DNA of 62,922 nt, counting the filler, from Octopus bimaculoides (Eukaryota), in the NCBI RefSeq assembly GCF_001194135.2. It is 3 parts of 3 records of this genome, joined end to end, with 100 filler letters (N's around TTAATTAATTAA, not from the genome) between each part and the next. Parts side by side here need not be neighbours in the genome. Positions count along the whole stretch, not along the records: positions 49,598 to 62,922 come from NC_068989.1; 2 more parts are not named here. The stretch is one strand, 5' to 3'. The translations under genes were made by a program, and so were the position numbers. The notes under the pieces are model-generated. The model was not told where the DNA came from. It did not search any database and saw nothing but the letters and a program-made list of their open reading frames with translations. Below, in pieces: positions 57,695 to 62,922 of this stretch. Each line of letters begins with the position of its first letter. Positions within the stretch are counted from its first letter, which is position 1.

Positions 57695-59180
57695 CCTTTT
57701 TTGAAGTTATCTCTACAGATCTTCTTCAGAAATTAGAACCAGCAGTGAAAGTTAAGACGTTTTGTACACGAATACATCTATGTAAACAATGCGATCGAAG
57801 ATAAAGAAATATGTAACGGATGTATTATATGCATATTTCAGGAGCTTTTGGCCCTTCTTGCAACTGCAACTCCCAAGATAGGAACAACCTTAATATTTTC
57901 TCTGTCATCCACATGCCAACGATAAGAAAATGAAAAGATTCGTTGTTCCCGGCAGAATCGATTGTCGAATGCACTCTTCCAGTGTGTCACTATCTTGAAA
58001 TGATATATCGGACAGAAGTCACCTCTCCTGTCTCGAAATCTGACTGTTTAGGTAACATTCTTCCTTTGGTATATTTTCGCCTCGAAAACACTGTTTCGTT
58101 AATTTCGACAGTTCAAGATTAGACCATCAAGGTTTAGATCCTCCACACACACATCGTGTAAATGTTGTAATCAACACTCGCAGTGCAACTGATTCCTAGT
58201 TTCTTTGCATAAAATCGGGATCTGCTAAGTTCTGTCATTCAGGAATATAAAACAGAGTCGCAATCCTAAAAGGAAGAGCGATAATATTAATGTTGTTCCA
58301 GGGAAACAGACAATTGCGATTACCGATATGAAGGTAATGAACGCTTCTGATTAGCTAAACTTACAAAAATCTTTAAACGCCTGTAATACTTTTATTATGA
58401 AATTCTAGAGAAAATGATTGCGATTCTCGTTATCAACATGAAAATTACATCATTGTAGAAAACCCGAGAATACTCTGGGGGTCAGAAGAATTAAAAAAAT
58501 CTTTTAAACATCACAAATAGGTACAAAGTTTGCTTTTTGAAATATCAGTATTTAAATAACCTCAGATAAATATCTCAAATTTATTCCTGACAATCTTTAC
58601 CAAGAACTCTTCATGCGTTATAAAAACACGTTACAAAAACAAAACAAATTCACTAACACAAACAAGGAATTCAAAGATCTTTCGAAACTAGCTGACCGAA
58701 GTGGTGTGACGCTATATTCAAAAGTCTTTTTGTCGCTTTTGCTTCTGTTTTCTTTTCAAATGTAAGCCGTATTATTGATTATGTTGGCGGTGCCCCAGCA
58801 TGGCCACAGCTCATGAGCTGAAACTAAATAAAATGAAAAAAAAAATGATACTATAATGTATACTCGAAGAGAAGCTCGCTTTACAGCCATATAATTTTAA
58901 GTTCAATCCCACAACGCGGCAACATGAGCAAGTCTTCTACTATAGCCACGATTCGAGCAATGTTTTGAGAGGGACTTTGGTTGACTGAAACTGCGTGAAG
59001 CCCGTCGTATGTGTGTGTGTGCGTGCGTGTGGTACAGGAAACTTATATGTACACCATTCTGCTTAAATAATGGAACTGCAGATACAATATCCTTACGTAT
59101 CTCACGTCTGTTTTCATTCCTCCACTTCACTCTGTATTTCATATCTTCTCTATAATAACTATTACTTATATATATTCCAG

Positions 59181-59255
<75 letters not shown>

Positions 59256-59857
59256 GTCTGTCTGCATACATGCATGCGCAGACATATGCACACATACACA
59301 CATGTACAACACACACATACGTGTGTGTGTATTTGTCCCCACATCGCTCGGTGACCGGCGTTGGTTGATGTGCTCACATCGCCGTAGCCTAGCGTTTCGG
59401 CAAAAGTGAACGATAGGACAAGACTTAGAAAAAACACTTCAAAAAACTGAAATACTCGGGTCGATTTGTTCGACTAAACCCTTCAAGACGGTGCTCAATC
59501 ATGGCTGCTATCCAATGACTGAAACAAGTAAACGATAAAAGCTAAAAGCTAAAAGCTAGATATTCTTATAGAGAACTATTCAATCTAGTGTGAGATATGT
59601 GGAAGAAGAACTACTGTCGCTACAGAAATGTTATGTCAACATTAACAGATGACTAAACATCAACTTTTCGGACCGAAATCTGTAGTTATCTGAGAATATT
59701 ATTTTGTATTTTTATAATACTCTTATCTCAATTTTGGTTACGTTACATCGCTTTCATTTTATATGGCGGGTCAAGGACATTTTGGAAACGAGTGAACATT
59801 GTATGATTGCCACACTTACACACACATACTTCTATGCACGCATTAATATGGTACTCA

Positions 59858-60220
59858 GTCGGTTACGACGACGAGGGTTCCAGTTGACCCAATCAACGGA
59901 ACAGCCTGCTCGTGAAATTAACGTGCAAGTGGCTGAGCACTCCATAGTCACGTGTACCCTTAACGTAGTTCTTGGAGAGATTCAGCGTGACACAGTGTGT
60001 GACAAAGCTGGCCACTTTGAAATACAAGTACAACAGAAACAAGAAGAAAGTGTGAGAGAAAGTTGTGGTGAAAGAGTACAGCAGGGTTTGTCACCACCCA
60101 CTGCAGGAGCTTTAGGTGTTTTCGCCCAATAAACACTTACAACATCCGGTCTGGGAATAGAAACCGCGATCCTATGACCGCGAGTCCGCTGCCCTAACCA
60201 CTGGTCTATTGCGCCTCCAC
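59858..60220 (-). mobile_element. tRNA-headed SINE (family C/D)
   Basis: Minus-strand head GGAGGCGCAATAGACCAGTGGTTAGGG..GTTTCTATTCCC. Its 3' half is shared with 15706-16020 (+). Related heads occur at 4509-4808 (+) and 16150-16300 (-). Confidence 0.75.
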
Positions 60221-60703
60221 ATGCACGTGTGTGTGGGTATGTATGTGTGTGTGTTGCGCGTATGCCTTTCGTTTTCGTCACCGTCCTTTACCTTTGCTCA
60301 CTTATTCCATCAGCTTTTTGCTGTTGACGCCACAAAAACGAACAACCTTATCGTTAAAAGCGCGAAATTGCCATGACTTTTGGACGATAGCTGACGAGGG
60401 ATGAGCATATCTAGGTTTTGTTTGTGAATTTTCCGCGTCTTCCTTTGTCGCCTTTCTGTGCAACTTTCGAATATTATCATTCAATGTAACCTCATGCACC
60501 ACACCTCTGGTTCCCACTCAGTGTCACCCCATACAGCGGGTAATATTGAGTGTGATACCTCTGTTTCTCTTTCTCTCTCTCTTTGCTTCTCTCACGCTTT
60601 CCTTTTTCCTTTCTGCATTCGCGCGTATATTTGTGTGTGCGTGTGTTTTTTTGTGAGTGTGTGTGTTTGTGTGTGCATGTGTCTGTGTGTTGCGTGCGTG
60701 CGT

Positions 60704-60798
<95 letters not shown>

Positions 60799-61436
60799 TA
60801 AAATAATTTTTAAAGAGCACTTTCGTTACTACCTACTTCAGAATCGAACTTTTATTTTGTATTTAGACAAACAACCACGCATACACACATGTACGCACAC
60901 ACATATTAACACACATACACACATATACACCCACACATATACACCCACACATATACACACGCGCTTACAAGCTCCGAGGAAACTTGAAGGTGTATGCGTC
61001 AACAAAAACAAAAACAAAAATATTTATGCTCTGACCTTCTTGTGTTCGGATAAGTTCGTGTGGCATTTCTGAGTACACGTATATGCACACATGCATATAA
61101 GTATATATTCGATATGCACTCAAATATGTTAAAGACGTACATATACATTTCACCACTCTCTATATGTGCGTATGTATGTATGTATGTATGTATGTATGCA
61201 CTGCAAACACAAGTATTAAAAGCCATGAGAACCTATGTAGGTGTAAGTACAATACATTCTTGTTTGTTATAGAGAAATTTCCATTTTATTTAACAAGTGG
61301 CCTCATTCTTTTATAGCTGTCACTGTTTGTGTTTTCTACATCGTGTGGCCATGATGAACTTGGGTGGCTCTAGAGTGACTTCGGTAATAGTAGAAGTAGC
61401 AGCGGAAGCAGCAGCAGCAGCAGCAGCAGCAGTAGC

Positions 61437-61486
<50 letters not shown>

Positions 61487-61774
61487 AAGTTGTTGTTGTT
61501 GTGGCATTGAAGTACTTGTTCAACTCTGTCGCTTGTAAGACGTTGAGTCATCTTTTCTGTCGCCAAATCGTCGGAGTTTTTACGTGGTTTTCTCGCTCCC
61601 GGATTAGAAAGACAGGACAAATCTTTCAGAAATTGTACTCAGTCGTTATAAATAGAGAGGACACATTAGAACAGCGGTTCTGAAGCAAGGTCCATGTGAT
61701 TCATATACAATGTTCTTGTTCAAATTTATGTGAAACAAACTGGTTATACTTCTCCGATACACGAGCCATTTTAC

Positions 61775-61980
61775 TCATTTCTTTTTTACTTGTTTCAGTC
61801 ATTTGACTGCGGCCATGCTGCAGCACCGCCCTCGGTCGAGCAAATCGACTCCAGGACTTACTCTTTGTAAGCCTAGTACTTATTCTATCACCCCTTTTGC
61901 CGAACCGCTAAGTTACGGGCACGTAAACACACCAGCATCGGTTGTCAAGCGATGGTGGGGAGACAAACACAGACACACGA

Positions 61981-62012
<32 letters not shown>

Positions 62013-62172
62013 GACAGGCTTCTTTCAGTTTCCATCTACCAAATCCACTCACAAGGCTTTGGTCGGCTCTAGGTTATAATAGAACACAGTTGCCCAAAAT
62101 GCTACGCAGTGGCACTGAACCCGGAACCATGTGGTTGGTAAGCAAGCTACTTACCACACAGCCACTCCTGCG
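61775..62172 (-). mobile_element. SINE family B, near-consensus copy
   Basis: Complete reverse copy with CpGs intact. Confidence 0.9.
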
Positions 62173-62309
62173 TCTATTTATTATTTACATTATTTACATT
62201 TGACGGATATTTGTCCTCATCTTGCGGATACGAATAGGATATGGGAAACGGTATCAGAGAAGGATAGGAAAATTTATAAGCCCTAAAATTCACTCTATAA
62301 TTGCCCATT

Positions 62310-62493
62310 GGCATATGGCATAGTGGTTAAGAGCGCGGGCTATTCACCCCAAGCTTCCGAGTTCGATTCCAAGCAGTAATCTGAATAATATTCGAAATTT
62401 CCCCAAGACACCTGATGAAGGCTGGAGGGTATATCTGCCGAAACGTTGTGTTAACAAGATGAGGAGAAATATCCGTCAAAAGTAAAAAATGTA
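62310..62493 (+). mobile_element. tRNA-headed SINE with a hammerhead-containing, PLE-like 3' part
   Basis: A box TGGCATAGTGG at 62316-62326, B box GTTCGATTCC at 62361-62370, hammerhead motif at 62407-62452, tail ending ..GTCAAAAGTAAAAAATGTA. Confidence 0.75.
62407..62452 (+). ncRNA. Minimal type I hammerhead ribozyme motif
   Basis: GACAC-CUGAUGA-A-GGCUG-loop(10)-CUGCC-GAAA-CG-UU-GUGUU. Stem I is 5 bp, stem II is 4 of 5 bp, and stem III is the loopless palindrome ACGU. Predicted cleavage is after 62447. Confidence 0.7.
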
Positions 62494-62857
62494 TATATAT
62501 ATAGTCCAAGACGAGGCTTATAACTCTGCTAGTAAAACCACGCCCTGTTCAAGGCTAGAATGCATTCAATTTTAAATGTTTGCACAGGCATGCCTTACCG
62601 AGGGCTAAACGAGAACAAAGACAACTTCTTTTATTGCTCGATTGAAGGAAAGCTTCGGCCGTGACCTTGTTTGTAATATTCTTTTCGTTTTTTTATTTGC
62701 TTAACACATTGTTCGCAAGATTGAATTTTCCAGTATATTAATAAATTCTATTGTCGTTCCTGCTGTCGTTGTGGTTTAGTCCTAGGTTGACGCCAATGGT
62801 TTAACAGACCTTTGTTCAAGTTATTGTACCCCTACCCTCATGAGTTTCTTTAGGGGT

Positions 62858-62922
<65 letters not shown>

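Noticed and set aside
60302-60517. 71-aa minus-strand ORF followed by gtgagc
   Set aside because: The stop precedes the donor-like motif, it has a GTG start and no homology was recognised.
62310-62380. Functional tRNA gene
   Set aside because: A and B boxes are present but there is no acceptor stem or full cloverleaf, and it continues into a SINE body. The same applies to 60150-60220 and 4509-4580.

Overview
AT-rich, microsatellite-dense animal genomic scaffold with many N gaps. The repeat content points to an octopus genome; this is inferred from recalled SINE families, not from a search. Only one protein-coding exon is well supported: a minus-strand 146-nt RasGEF (CDC25) exon at 14959-15104 that resembles phospholipase C epsilon. 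The rest is intron or intergenic DNA filled with three or four tRNA-headed SINE families, RTE-like tails, at least four Tc1/mariner lineages, Harbinger-, mariner- and Kolobok-like MITE hairpins, two R4/Dong REL-endonuclease LINEs joined at a (TAA)n tract, and Penelope-like element (PLE) pieces. The best lead is a tRNA-headed SINE at 62310-62493 carrying an apparently complete PLE-type minimal hammerhead ribozyme, with an inverted copy of its tail upstream. Decayed hammerhead relics and PLE RT and GIY-YIG fragments occur elsewhere in the window. The same SINE families are CpG-depleted left of about 28.6 kb and CpG-intact to the right, and the switch coincides with an artificial scaffold linker. 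Almost all ORF-track entries are translations of microsatellites or gaps. Repeat boundaries are approximate and all family assignments were made by eye.
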